The notes: a model not told the origin generated them from the letters alone. Shown: positions 10,702-20,287, counted from the first letter of the stretch. The stretch is DNA of 64,000 bases from an uncultured Verrucomicrobiae bacterium (GCA_963718565.1 OY970364.1:2220059-2284058), one strand, 5' to 3'. Program-made: numbers and translations.

Positions 10702-11334
10702 ATGGTCGACATCAGTAAATTCAAGGAAGAGGAAGCAGAAGGATATCGCGTCGATATTATCGGCAGAAATATTCAAGTCACTGAACCGATCCGCATGTAT
10801 GTCTGGGACAAGTTGTCTAAAATCGAACGGTTCCACAATCACATTATGCACTTGCACATGACGCTTGAAATTCAAAAGCTTGAGCATGTCTGCACCATTG
10901 TCCTCAAGATCGACCATACTGAAGTGAAATGCCAATCTAAAAGTACGGACATGTATGCTTCGATTGACAAGGCAATTGATCGTTTGCACTCTCTTTTAGC
11001 GCGTTATAAGAGTCGCCTTCAAGATCACCATCGGAAGAAATCGTCTGTCATCGACGTCCAAGTGAATGTTTTGCACCGGCCCTATAATGAAGTTGATGAG
11101 ATCAATGCGGCAATCGAAGAGGTAAATGCTCAATCTAAGATTGAAGCTTTTGGTCCGCTAAAAATTATCGGTACGGAGACTAAGCCCCTTAAGACATTGA
11201 CCATCGATGAAGCTGTGATGAAGATGGATCTTTCTGGAGATTCATTTTTAATTTTCCGTGCCGAAGAAGATATGAAACTGAAAGTTCTCTATCGTAGGAA
11301 AGATGGGAATTATGGGCTCATCCAGCCCGAATAG
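10702..11334 (+). CDS. hpf: Long ribosome hibernation promoting factor (sigma-54 modulation protein/RaiA)
   Basis: IIGRNIQVT, DMYASIDKA, C-terminal DEAVMKMDL...YRRKDGNYGLI. Confidence 0.9.
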   Translation: MVDISKFKEEEAEGYRVDIIGRNIQVTEPIRMYVWDKLSKIERFHNHIMHLHMTLEIQKLEHVCTIVLKIDHTEVKCQSKSTDMYASIDKAIDRLHSLLARYKSRLQDHHRKKSSVIDVQVNVLHRPYNEVDEINAAIEEVNAQSKIEAFGPLKIIGTETKPLKTLTIDEAVMKMDLSGDSFLIFRAEEDMKLKVLYRRKDGNYGLIQPE

Positions 11335-11797
11335 CTCCCTTGTCTTCGATGAGGTGCGCCTTTGCTGGGTAAAGGCAACCCCTGAAGAACGAGTTCGTCA
11401 GCGTTGGCTAAAATGGATGATCCATGGACTTCACTACCCCAAAGAACTTTTAGTTGTAGAAAAAGGACTCAAGGAACTTCCCCATCTCCACGGAAAAAAT
11501 GTTCCAGAGCGCAGGCTTGACATTCTATGTTACGGAAAAGGGATCCATCCCTCCTTTCCGCTGTATCCTTTGGTGATGATCGAGTGCAAGAAGGACGGAC
11601 GACTAACCGATGAAGCAGTCGATCAAGTGATCGGTTATAATCACTATGTTAAAGCCTATTTTATTGCTATTGTGAACCTTGAGGAAGTAAGATTTGGTTG
11701 TTTTCAAACGAATGAGAAGGAATATCAATTTTATTCTGTTCTTCCCTCATTTAAGGAGTTAATGCAGTGGGTCAAGCCCTCATCAGCGATCTTTTAA
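11312..11797 (+). CDS. Stand-alone type I restriction enzyme HsdR N-terminal-like (PD-(D/E)xK) domain protein
   Basis: TPEERVRQ, RRLDI, IECK, QVIGYN motifs; start uncertain. Confidence 0.7.
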   Translation: MGSSSPNSSLVFDEVRLCWVKATPEERVRQRWLKWMIHGLHYPKELLVVEKGLKELPHLHGKNVPERRLDILCYGKGIHPSFPLYPLVMIECKKDGRLTDEAVDQVIGYNHYVKAYFIAIVNLEEVRFGCFQTNEKEYQFYSVLPSFKELMQWVKPSSAIF

Positions 11798-13329
11798 TTC
11801 CAGACTTGAAATTCATCGATCTCAAATCAAACCTTGAAGAGATCGATGTTTTGTTTATTTTTGGCGTCGGCGATGGCTCTTTGCCTCATTATCTTTCGGC
11901 ATGGTTAAAAAAAAAGGACAATCGTTTCATCGTTTTCATTGAAGAAGAGGAAGAACTTTTTTTAAGGGCAAAAGAGCTTACAGTAAAGAATGGTCCCAAA
12001 GTCCGCCTTTTTTATTGGAAAAGAGACGATGAAGAGATTTTTCAACATATTGCTTGGGAATTTATTTTTTTACGCTTTGGATACATCCTTCCAGAACCCC
12101 ATTATAAACAAGCAGCCAAAGACTTTTTTATCCCATTAGAGCATTACCATCGCGGGGTGGATTTGCTGGCATCAGATAGCGAGGACATGGGAGTCAAAGT
12201 GCTAAAGAATGCCATGAAGAATTTATCAGCACTCCCTAAAGCGCGCCTTGGCTCCTCTCTTGAAGGGAAGTGTACACACATCCCAGCCATTGTGTGCGGA
12301 GCGGGCTCCACACTTGATCAAGCGGCGCCGCTACTGGCTAAAATGAGAGACAACGCGCTGATTATCGCTGGCGGATCGAGCGCTGCCGCCCTCAATGCGC
12401 ATGGAATCGTCCCTCATATTTTTGCTAGCATTGATCCCCATCCTCCTTATCGGCGTTTTTTAGAGCAGGACTGCTTCGAGGTGCCCTTTTTCTATCAGGG
12501 CCGATTTTGCTACTCTTTATTGGAAAGGGTCCAAGGACCTTTGATTGTCATGTCCGATAGCGGCAACTATCCTTTAGAGGCTTGGGCTTCAGCTGAAGCC
12601 GGTATTTTCGCAGAGCGATTCGATGGAGGATGGACTGTGGCTAACTTTTGCACGTCGATTGCCGCCCATTTGGGCTGCAATCCCATTATTTTTGTCGGGA
12701 TGGACTTTTCCTGCGGACCCGATGAAATGTATGCCTCGAAAATCGGAGGCGATGAAAACCGAGGGTGTTTGGTCGAGTTGGAAAAAGGCAAGCTTTATTC
12801 TAAACGCGATTGGTTAATGAGCGCTGAATGGACAGTCTCGTTTGCCAAGAAGAATCCGCACATTCATTGGATCCATGCTTCTACAGGTGGCATCGATCTT
12901 CCGGGAATCGAACGCAGAGAACTTTCCGAGGTCGCGATGTCTTTGCTTGAAACGCCATTTGATATGGCGGGGATCGTCCATTCGCTCGTTTCCAATGCCG
13001 CACCTTCTCAAGTCGCTTCCGAAAAAGTCGAGAATGTGAGAAAGAAAGTAAAAGCGAGCTTTGAAAAATGCCTTGAGGTTTGTGAGGGAATGCTCAAAGT
13101 GTGGGAAAAGTATTATCCAAATTCTCCTCTAGAGAAAGGAGAGTATGCTGTTTTGGACATTGAACTTGAACAAGAGGTTTGTCATCATCATTTTCTCCTT
13201 CCCCTTTGGAATGTGTGGAAACATCCCATTGTGCGATCTTCGTTTCACCCACTGGGTGCCCATATCCACAGATTACTCTTTTTTAAGAAGGCTGTCGAAA
13301 TGCATTTACCCTACTTGAGGTCATTGTGA
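11767..13329 (+). CDS. Maf (motility-associated factor) glycosyltransferase / MptE-like family protein 1
   Basis: IFGVGDG N-domain; PAIVCGAGSTL, IIAGGSS, SIDP, GWTVANF, LGCNPIIFVGMDF. Confidence 0.8.
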   Translation: MGQALISDLLIPDLKFIDLKSNLEEIDVLFIFGVGDGSLPHYLSAWLKKKDNRFIVFIEEEEELFLRAKELTVKNGPKVRLFYWKRDDEEIFQHIAWEFIFLRFGYILPEPHYKQAAKDFFIPLEHYHRGVDLLASDSEDMGVKVLKNAMKNLSALPKARLGSSLEGKCTHIPAIVCGAGSTLDQAAPLLAKMRDNALIIAGGSSAAALNAHGIVPHIFASIDPHPPYRRFLEQDCFEVPFFYQGRFCYSLLERVQGPLIVMSDSGNYPLEAWASAEAGIFAERFDGGWTVANFCTSIAAHLGCNPIIFVGMDFSCGPDEMYASKIGGDENRGCLVELEKGKLYSKRDWLMSAEWTVSFAKKNPHIHWIHASTGGIDLPGIERRELSEVAMSLLETPFDMAGIVHSLVSNAAPSQVASEKVENVRKKVKASFEKCLEVCEGMLKVWEKYYPNSPLEKGEYAVLDIELEQEVCHHHFLLPLWNVWKHPIVRSSFHPLGAHIHRLLFFKKAVEMHLPYLRSL

Positions 13330-14051
13330 TGAACTTCACGGACAAGGATCAATATCTCTTTTCTAAAGATGAGCTGATTATTCGCGATCATGAGCTCAAT
13401 ATTGCGATTACTTTTCCCTCTTTTCTTCCTCGGCTTCCGCTTGAGATGTCAGGACAGGGTGTCGTTCAAGATCGGGACCAAGAGGGCAACCTTCAGTCCG
13501 TATATCTTGTTTGCGATGGAAGGCGTCATGGAGAGTGCCGTCTTTTTGCTGAAGGGAATAAACTCTGCGCTGAAATGTTCTATCTTCACGGCAAGCTGCA
13601 CGGCCCTTCTATCCTGTATTCTGAACAGGGCAAAATCCTTGCAAAAACATGGTACTGCGAAGGAAAACGCGTCGGCAAAGCTCATTACTATTTCCTCTCG
13701 GGCTTGCTCTCGAGTTTACAGCGATTTAAAGAGGGAGAGTGGGAAGGATTGCAAGAATACTTTTATGAAGATGGGTCCAAGAAAAGTTTGATTCCTTTCT
13801 TTCATGGAAAACTCCACGGTGAGGTCCAGCTGTTTTGGGAGTCCGGCAAACCCAAACGCTCTGTGCATTATGTAGAGGGGCTTCGCGAGGGGCCGGACAA
13901 ATTATGGAATGAAAAAGGCATTTTAATCGATGAAGGAGAATACCGGTCAGGGCTGCCTGTGGGTATTCACCGCCATTATTTTGCCGACGGCAAACTGAAA
14001 GAAGAGTCGAATTTCCATGGGAAATATACCGCGCACAGGAAGGTTTTGTGA
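13326..14051 (+). CDS. MORN-2/YwqK-like beta-repeat protein (C-terminus altered by MITE)
   Basis: Repeated GKLHG/GLREG...Y/F-x-ExG units; last 8 codons come from the MITE at 14027. Confidence 0.8.
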   Translation: MMNFTDKDQYLFSKDELIIRDHELNIAITFPSFLPRLPLEMSGQGVVQDRDQEGNLQSVYLVCDGRRHGECRLFAEGNKLCAEMFYLHGKLHGPSILYSEQGKILAKTWYCEGKRVGKAHYYFLSGLLSSLQRFKEGEWEGLQEYFYEDGSKKSLIPFFHGKLHGEVQLFWESGKPKRSVHYVEGLREGPDKLWNEKGILIDEGEYRSGLPVGIHRHYFADGKLKEESNFHGKYTAHRKVL

Positions 14052-14249
14052 ATTTGGACTCAGCGAGGCAAAGCACAATCGAAGCTTGCGGTCCGAATGA
14101 CGAAGCCATAGTGAAAACTATGGCTGCGGAGACACGAGAAGGTCTAGTAGACCTTCGCAGTGCAGAGCAGGTGAGCGAAGCGAACTGGGAGGATTGATTG
14201 TGCAAAGCCGCAGCCAGTCCAAATTCACAAAACCTTCCTGTGCGCGGTA
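14027..14249. mobile_element. MITE family A, copy 1 (TA target, IS630/Tc1-type)
   Basis: Perfect 34-bp TIR TACCGCGCACAGGAAGGTTTTGTGAATTTGGACT, TA duplicated on both sides; further copies at 34001 and 38465. Confidence 0.92.
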
Positions 14250-16056
14250 TAACATCCAGGATCACGTTCATTTATTAGAACGTTATCCTGAACTGGTTTT
14301 CTTATTGAGTTACACGCCATATATTCCTTATCCCCTCATCACCAGTGTAGATCACAAGCTGAGCGCTGAAGAACTCCATTCCGGTTCTATTTCACAAGAG
14401 ATTGCGGACTTTAAAACAAAACTGCATTTAGAGGGCGTCGATATTCTCTATGTCTATGGCCTTGGGCTTGGATATCATTATGCTGCATTAAAAGGGTGGC
14501 TAAAGGAAAAACGAGAAAGGCGTCTGATTTTCCTTGAGGATGAACTGGCCGCTGTCTATGCCCTGCTCTCTTCGGAACACGCGCAGGATCTCTTCTACGA
14601 TCCCCAAGTCGTCGTGCGTTTCATTCCCGATCCTAAACGACTTCAAGAGCATTTAGAAGAACTTACAGCTTCTTATTCTTGCGATCGCATCGAAGTGGCA
14701 GCAATTGCATCCTACCAGAAGAAAAAAAAGCGCCGCTTTCTTCAGATCCGCCTAAAATTGCTTAGACTTTCCGCTGTCCATCACGCCATCCTCACCGAAG
14801 CGCTTTACTCTCATAAGATGCTTGTCAATCTCTTGCGCAATATTCGACGCTGGCCAGGTTCATTCCTCGCTGGAGGTCTCAAAGGGAAATTTTGTGGCAT
14901 CCCTGCAGTGGTCTGTGGCGCGGGCCCTTCGCTTCAAGCAAGTTTGCCGCACCTAAAAAAAATAGAGGACCGCGCCTTGATCATCGCCGGCGGTTCGACA
15001 ATTGCTGCTTTAAGCAATCAAGGGATTCAACCTCATCTTGGAATTGCTTTGGACCCTAATGCCGAAGAGTTCGGTAGATTGAAAATTGCCTCAGCTTATG
15101 AAATGCCTTTGATTTATGCCACACGCCTTCAACCCGATGTCTTCAACGCCTTGAACGGGGAACGAGGCTACCTCGTTTCAGACACTGGCGGATCGTGTGA
15201 ACGTTACTTTGAAAGACAGATGGAAATCGAAGAAGAGCCCGTAGGTCCAGAGTTAGGGTCGGAAGCGCTTTCTGTCACCACGCTTGCCATTGCGCTTGCA
15301 GTGGAAATGGGCTGCCATCCTCTCTTCTTGAACGGGATTGATCTCGCGTACACCGGAACACAGCGCTATGCAGAGGGGATTCTGCCCTCCTCGCACATCG
15401 ACATATCTGAAAAGCGCCGTGAGAAAAAATCACCGGAGCGTCTGCTCAAGCGCAAGGACATCCGTGGCCATTATGTGCATACGCTTGTCAAATGGGTGAT
15501 GGAGTCCGAATGCATTGCCGCTTATGCCAAAGCTCATCCAGAGACAGGTTTTATCAATGTCTCCGAAGGAGGAATCGGATTTCCCGGGATTCCCAACGTG
15601 CCGCTCCTCGAAGCCGCACAAGGGCTCAACCAACAGCTTGACCTGCGCGCTCTTCTCCATGCGGAAATCCAGAAACTCAAAATCCCTCTTTCCAAAGAAA
15701 AGATCTTTCGCGAGATGAAGGAGGTGGGTGAAAGTTTGCTCCGCCTGGGCAGCATTGCGGAAGAAATGCTCGAGGAGCTAGAAAGAGTAAAACATCTGTT
15801 TCCCTTTGGGCAGCTGGTTCTTCCTACAGGAAAAATGACGATCCTCGAGATCGATTTTCAAGAGGAAAAAGCTTTTGAATGCCTGTTTCCCTCTTTGGGG
15901 CCAGCTCTTGATAAACTCTTAGAGCGCGCCTTCTATGTTCCTGCCCACTGTACAGAAGAACAGCAGCGGCACATCTCTTTAGAATGCAAGATTGCAAAAT
16001 GGCGGCAATGGAAAGAGATTATCGATAGCGAAATTGGCCTCTTTCAGATGCATTAA
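14194..16056 (+). CDS. Maf glycosyltransferase / MptE-like family protein 2 (N-terminus supplied by MITE)
   Basis: YGLGLGYH, PAVVCGAGPSL, IIAGGST, ALDP, MGCHPLFLNGIDL; paralog of the 11767 gene. Confidence 0.8.
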   Translation: MIVQSRSQSKFTKPSCARYNIQDHVHLLERYPELVFLLSYTPYIPYPLITSVDHKLSAEELHSGSISQEIADFKTKLHLEGVDILYVYGLGLGYHYAALKGWLKEKRERRLIFLEDELAAVYALLSSEHAQDLFYDPQVVVRFIPDPKRLQEHLEELTASYSCDRIEVAAIASYQKKKKRRFLQIRLKLLRLSAVHHAILTEALYSHKMLVNLLRNIRRWPGSFLAGGLKGKFCGIPAVVCGAGPSLQASLPHLKKIEDRALIIAGGSTIAALSNQGIQPHLGIALDPNAEEFGRLKIASAYEMPLIYATRLQPDVFNALNGERGYLVSDTGGSCERYFERQMEIEEEPVGPELGSEALSVTTLAIALAVEMGCHPLFLNGIDLAYTGTQRYAEGILPSSHIDISEKRREKKSPERLLKRKDIRGHYVHTLVKWVMESECIAAYAKAHPETGFINVSEGGIGFPGIPNVPLLEAAQGLNQQLDLRALLHAEIQKLKIPLSKEKIFREMKEVGESLLRLGSIAEEMLEELERVKHLFPFGQLVLPTGKMTILEIDFQEEKAFECLFPSLGPALDKLLERAFYVPAHCTEEQQRHISLECKIAKWRQWKEIIDSEIGLFQMH

Positions 16057-16188
16057 AATTTTTCTTGATTCTATTCCATAACTGCAGTTAAATGGTCATC
16101 TCAAAAAAAGAATGAGATCAAGTCGATGAGAGATTTAATAAACTCCAGAGGGAATTGCAAAACTCCTCTCCAATAAGGGGGTATTGAT

Positions 16189-17853
16189 ATGGCCACTATC
16201 ACCGGAATGAAAACTGTTTTTCAATTAGCAGTTGACATGACACACAATGCAATGGATGTCGCCTATTTGCATCGCGCAATTTCAGAATGCGAAATTATGG
16301 CTCATGAAAATCCAACGCAAGAATCTCTTATCGATCGGCTTATTGACATCTTCAATATGATCAGTCGTCGAAGAGAAAGATTGGAATCCATGAATAGAGA
16401 AATCTCCTCGCTACGAGATGTTCTCCCTTCTTATTTTAGGCATCCATTTGAGACCATTGTGATGCCTTCTTTTCACAACGCGAAAGAGATTGCTTTTAGC
16501 TTGGTAAAGCCCATCGTTGATGCTCAACATCAATTGATCGTAGAACAGTTCCAAATGGCTATTGAGAAGTTAAATGCGTTTCGAAAAAATCCGTTAAAAA
16601 GAAATTTACTGTCAGAAGTGGAATGTAAAAATCTCATTCTTTTTGATCGGATTAAAAATATCCAAGAATTGGGAACTCGCTGTCGCGTGCTTACTCAAAA
16701 CGATACGGAGAGAATGGATGAACTCGCAAGCAGAAGTATTCGTCTTTCTAAGATCCTCGCGCTCCAACAGCCCCGTAAAATAGGATATCTTTTTGCATGT
16801 CTGGATCAACTCATTGAAGATCCCTCTCAATTTAGTTCTGACTTTATCACAGGATTTTATGCTCAATTCGATGGGATCATCAATAATATGTCAAAGGAAT
16901 CTATTGAGGAACTCGATGACATGATCCTTAAGCATGAATCCACCCTTGACAATCTAGAGGGAAAAATGCATCGCTACGATGATCTTGCTTTTTTCAAACA
17001 AGCGATAACGACTGTCATTCGTAATCAGTTTGAAAGGATAGTTGCAGATGAAATCCCTCCGGAACAGCTCAATGAGTTTTATCAAATGCTATTTGAGGAG
17101 GCATTTGGTCCTAAAGATGAAGACTCCCAAAATTGGGCTAGAGCGGAACTTCCCTCTCTCTCAAGCATTGTGAGTAAAACTTTTCAAAGATTTGTGTTTA
17201 AAAAAATAGGCGTTGAAGTATGCGACTCATCTTCTTCCGAGTTCTCTGAAGATGAGGATAAAGCTTTAGACCCTTTGGGGATCACAAACAACAATGCTCT
17301 CACCTCAACGGCAAACAGTCTTTCTCCCAAAGTCGAGCAACTCAACCTTTTGCTCCAAAAGATCAGCCTCGTTTTTGAGGAATCTTCTGTTTCTGAAGGA
17401 TACGACTCATCTTCTTCCGAGTTCTCTGAGAATACTAAAAATGAGAATAAAACCTTTTTAGGTCCTTTGAGGGTAACGTGCAACAGTATTCTTGCCTTAA
17501 CGGCCAACAATCCTTTCCCTGAAGTCGGACGACTCAACCTTTTGCTCAAAAAGATTAATATTATAGAAGAATTAGCTGAATCCGGCCCAAATTTTAGGGG
17601 AAGGATCGATAGAGATACCGTCAAACGAGTTATCGTTGGAACGCTTTCTAGCAAGATGCTCGGATCTTTATATGGAATGATTGCTTATCTTGCGCCTGAC
17701 GACTATGAAGGCAAAGGAGGATGGGGTGAAAAACATTGTGCAGATGACATTAGCCGTTTACGTCGTGCAATCTCCTATCTGAAGGATCCGAATCTTCTTT
17801 TTCCGAGACCTCACTTGAAGACGAGGATAAGGTTTCAGGGTGCTCCGATATAA
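16189..17853 (+). CDS. Hypothetical protein with an internal ~60-aa duplication
   Basis: 554-aa ORF with upstream SD-like sequence; DSSSSEFSE...TAN...LNLLL occurs twice; no family recognised. Confidence 0.7.
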   Translation: MATITGMKTVFQLAVDMTHNAMDVAYLHRAISECEIMAHENPTQESLIDRLIDIFNMISRRRERLESMNREISSLRDVLPSYFRHPFETIVMPSFHNAKEIAFSLVKPIVDAQHQLIVEQFQMAIEKLNAFRKNPLKRNLLSEVECKNLILFDRIKNIQELGTRCRVLTQNDTERMDELASRSIRLSKILALQQPRKIGYLFACLDQLIEDPSQFSSDFITGFYAQFDGIINNMSKESIEELDDMILKHESTLDNLEGKMHRYDDLAFFKQAITTVIRNQFERIVADEIPPEQLNEFYQMLFEEAFGPKDEDSQNWARAELPSLSSIVSKTFQRFVFKKIGVEVCDSSSSEFSEDEDKALDPLGITNNNALTSTANSLSPKVEQLNLLLQKISLVFEESSVSEGYDSSSSEFSENTKNENKTFLGPLRVTCNSILALTANNPFPEVGRLNLLLKKINIIEELAESGPNFRGRIDRDTVKRVIVGTLSSKMLGSLYGMIAYLAPDDYEGKGGWGEKHCADDISRLRRAISYLKDPNLLFPRPHLKTRIRFQGAPI

Positions 17854-18845
17854 GCCTGGAGTTTATTGCGCAAAGTGCGGATGCTGATGCCGAGCAATTG
17901 GGCGGTTTTCGTCCGATTGTTTTTTTCTCGCGCCAAGGTCTCCAGAATGAGACGTTTTTCCAACTCGGCAATCGTCATTCCAATGGGAAAGGCGTAAGAG
18001 GGGGCCTCTTTGATTGGGCAGGCCAATTCGATATAGATCTGGTGAGCTTCTAGAACATCAGAGGCGTTCATCACGACACTTCGTTCGATGACATTGGCGA
18101 GCTCCCGAATGTTGCCTGGCCAATTGTAATGGATCAGTTTTTGTTTAGCGTCTGTGGATAAACGTGTCATGGGTTTTTGATTCTCTTCACAGAGCCGTTT
18201 TAGAAAAAATTCAGCAAGAGGGAGGATGTCTTCTTTACGCTCTCTCAAAGGAGGGATATGGACTGGGACGACATTGAGCCGATAATAGAGGTCTTCGCGG
18301 AAAAGTTTTTGTTCCACCGCATCTTGCATCGGGCAGTTGGAAGTAGAAATCAAGCGGACATCGACATAAATAGGACGCATCCCACCGACGCGCTCAAACT
18401 CCATCTCTTGGACCGCACGCAGGAGTTTTGCTTGTAACTCAAGCGGAATTTCCGAGACTTCATCGAGCAAAAGCGTCCCTTTATCGGCAAGTTCAAAACG
18501 CCCGAGTTTTTTATTGATCGCCCCGGTGAAGGCGCCTTTTTCATGGCCAAAAAACTCAGATTCGAGGAGGGTTGTTGGAATGGCAGCACAATTCACTTTG
18601 ATAAAAGATTGTAGATTGCGATGAGACTGCGCGTGAATCGCATGGGCGATGACCTCTTTTCCGGTGCCAGACTCTCCGCTGATGAAAACAGAAGACGAAC
18701 TTTTGGCAATTTTGCCCACATCATTTAAGATTTTTTGCATGATTTCGCTTTCAGCGATGAGACATTGTTTTTTGCGGGGAATCCCTTCACGTAAATTGCA
18801 ATGGGAAGCATCCGCATCGCCAATGGGCACGTTTTCAATTGCCAT
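17835..18845 (-). CDS. Sigma-54-dependent enhancer-binding protein (AAA+ plus Fis-type HTH, no receiver domain)
   Basis: GESGTGKE, ESEFFGHEKGAFTGA, LLDEV, FREDLYYRLNV, WPGNIREL, NRTKTAQLLGISIRTLRNKL; ATG 18845 preferred over GTG 18875, which lies in a repeat. Confidence 0.9.
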   Translation of the reverse strand: MAIENVPIGDADASHCNLREGIPRKKQCLIAESEIMQKILNDVGKIAKSSSSVFISGESGTGKEVIAHAIHAQSHRNLQSFIKVNCAAIPTTLLESEFFGHEKGAFTGAINKKLGRFELADKGTLLLDEVSEIPLELQAKLLRAVQEMEFERVGGMRPIYVDVRLISTSNCPMQDAVEQKLFREDLYYRLNVVPVHIPPLRERKEDILPLAEFFLKRLCEENQKPMTRLSTDAKQKLIHYNWPGNIRELANVIERSVVMNASDVLEAHQIYIELACPIKEAPSYAFPIGMTIAELEKRLILETLAREKNNRTKTAQLLGISIRTLRNKLQAYIGAP

Positions 18846-18870
18846 ACTTAATTGCTGTTTTTTATATAGT

Positions 18871-18970
18871 TGCACTACGCCCAGTCTAAAAACGTGAATT
18901 TAGGGGGCCATTCAAACCTGGACTGTTCTAAGACCCCCTAAATTCACATTTTTAGACTGGGCGCAGTGTA
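18871..18970. repeat. ~100-bp palindromic miniature element
   Basis: Arms TGCACTACGCCCAGTCTAAAAACGTGAATTTAGGGG / CCCCTAAATTCACATTTTTAGACTGGGCGCAGTGTA. Confidence 0.8.
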
Positions 18971-18995
18971 TTCTCTTAATTCCGGATTATAGGCA

Positions 18996-19838
18996 ATGGC
19001 GAGTTTTAAAAAAGTTTTTATTTGTTTTGTTTTTTTTCTTGGGGGTTGTTCTGGAATGGAGCAGTCCGAACAAGAAAAACTTAGACGGCAAAATGCCAAA
19101 GGAGAATTTGTCCATCGGCAGCATCATGAATACCATGATGTCTTGAAAACACCAGAGCACCGTGTCCGTGAGAAATATCCTTGGGAAATGGCGTATATTG
19201 GGAAACATTCCAAAATTACCAAGGAATACTTTCGCTGCAAAGGATCCAGCCTTAATCCGCCGCACATCGATCATAAAGATCCTTCTCGTCCAGCAAACTA
19301 TTTTGATTGCGGGGGATTTCAAAAGCATTCGCTTCCCATCCGAGGAGACAAGGAGTTTGTGTATCCAATTTTGATCGATTTGCTCAATTATGTTCAGGCA
19401 AAAACAGGGTGCAAAGCAGTGATTACATGCGGGCATCGCTGCCCAGTCCATAATGCTTATGCGGATCATTCTGCTTACAACCAAAATTCCAAGCATATGA
19501 TGGGTGCTGAAGTCGATTTCTACTTTCAGGGGATGGAGCAGCGCCCGGAAGAGATCATCAAACTTCTCATGAACTATTATCAAGAGATGTCGATTTACAG
19601 AGGAGATAAACAGTACCAAGAATTTCAACGGTTGAACAAAGGAAAGTTAAACGTTTCAACACCGCCTTGGTATAATAAAGAAATTCTCATCAAGCTCTAT
19701 CTGAAAAATGAAGGGAGAGATTTTGATAACCGGCATCCTTATCCCTACATTTCGGTTCAGGTGCGCTTTGATCAAGAACTCAATGAAAAAGTCATTTGCA
19801 GCTGGCCTAAGGCCTTCAATGGATATCGAAGATTTTAA
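18996..19838 (+). CDS. Lipoprotein with peptidase M15 (D-Ala-D-Ala carboxypeptidase-like) domain
   Basis: Lipobox-like FFLGGC; ITCGHRCPVHN...SKHMMGAEVDF resembles the M15 Zn motif. Confidence 0.65.
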   Translation: MASFKKVFICFVFFLGGCSGMEQSEQEKLRRQNAKGEFVHRQHHEYHDVLKTPEHRVREKYPWEMAYIGKHSKITKEYFRCKGSSLNPPHIDHKDPSRPANYFDCGGFQKHSLPIRGDKEFVYPILIDLLNYVQAKTGCKAVITCGHRCPVHNAYADHSAYNQNSKHMMGAEVDFYFQGMEQRPEEIIKLLMNYYQEMSIYRGDKQYQEFQRLNKGKLNVSTPPWYNKEILIKLYLKNEGRDFDNRHPYPYISVQVRFDQELNEKVICSWPKAFNGYRRF

Positions 19839-19877
19839 AAATGCGAAGGAGGCCGCATATCCCCCTTTTTTTTCCTA

Positions 19878-19949
19878 AGAGGGAATTGCAAAACTCCTCG
19901 TCAGCAGAAAAGCGCGATTTTATGCGGCGAGGAGTTTTGCAATTCCCTT
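19878..19949. repeat. Palindromic repeat family E (AGAGGGAATTGCAAAAC ends)
   Basis: AGGGAATTGCAAAACTCCTCG...CGAGGAGTTTTGCAATTCCCT between convergent genes. Confidence 0.75.
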
Positions 19950-19963
19950 TGTAAGAGTATTGC

Positions 19964-20287
19964 TTACTTACGATTAACAGATCCTAGTTGATCGTTAGAA
20001 AACCTAAGAGCAATATCCGCAATATATTTTTGATCGTCTACGCCAATTTTCCCATTCTTAGCTACTGCTGTAAATATTCTCTCTTGGAAATTTTTCATTC
20101 CGGTGTACAATTTTTCATTATCTTTATGGAGAAGCCAATTTATTGCGGCTTTACTGCTTTCTTTACCATAGGTTTTTTGGATTGCTTCTATAAAACGGTC
20201 TGCCCTAACAGGGGTCAATTGATTAGAATAGGTGTGCGACAAATTTTCAATATAACTCTCATTAATCTTATTAACTGCTGCTGACAT
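19964..20287 (-). CDS. Small AT-rich hypothetical protein
   Basis: 107-aa ORF with SD AGAGG just upstream of the ATG. Confidence 0.55.
   Translation of the reverse strand: MSAAVNKINESYIENLSHTYSNQLTPVRADRFIEAIQKTYGKESSKAAINWLLHKDNEKLYTGMKNFQERIFTAVAKNGKIGVDDQKYIADIALRFSNDQLGSVNRK

Noticed and set aside
11312..11797. Type I restriction-modification system
   Set aside because: Only a small HsdR_N-like domain; no helicase, hsdM or hsdS nearby.
13326..14051. Toxin-antitoxin module (YwqK-type label)
   Set aside because: Generic MORN-like repeats with no adjacent toxin gene.
14098..14130. Single in-frame TGA in MITE A followed by a GAAA-loop hairpin, as possible selenocysteine or readthrough signal
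   Set aside because: The same TGA and hairpin occur in the non-coding MITE copies, there is no redox-motif context, and no sel genes are in the window; a downstream SD plus GTG is the simpler explanation.
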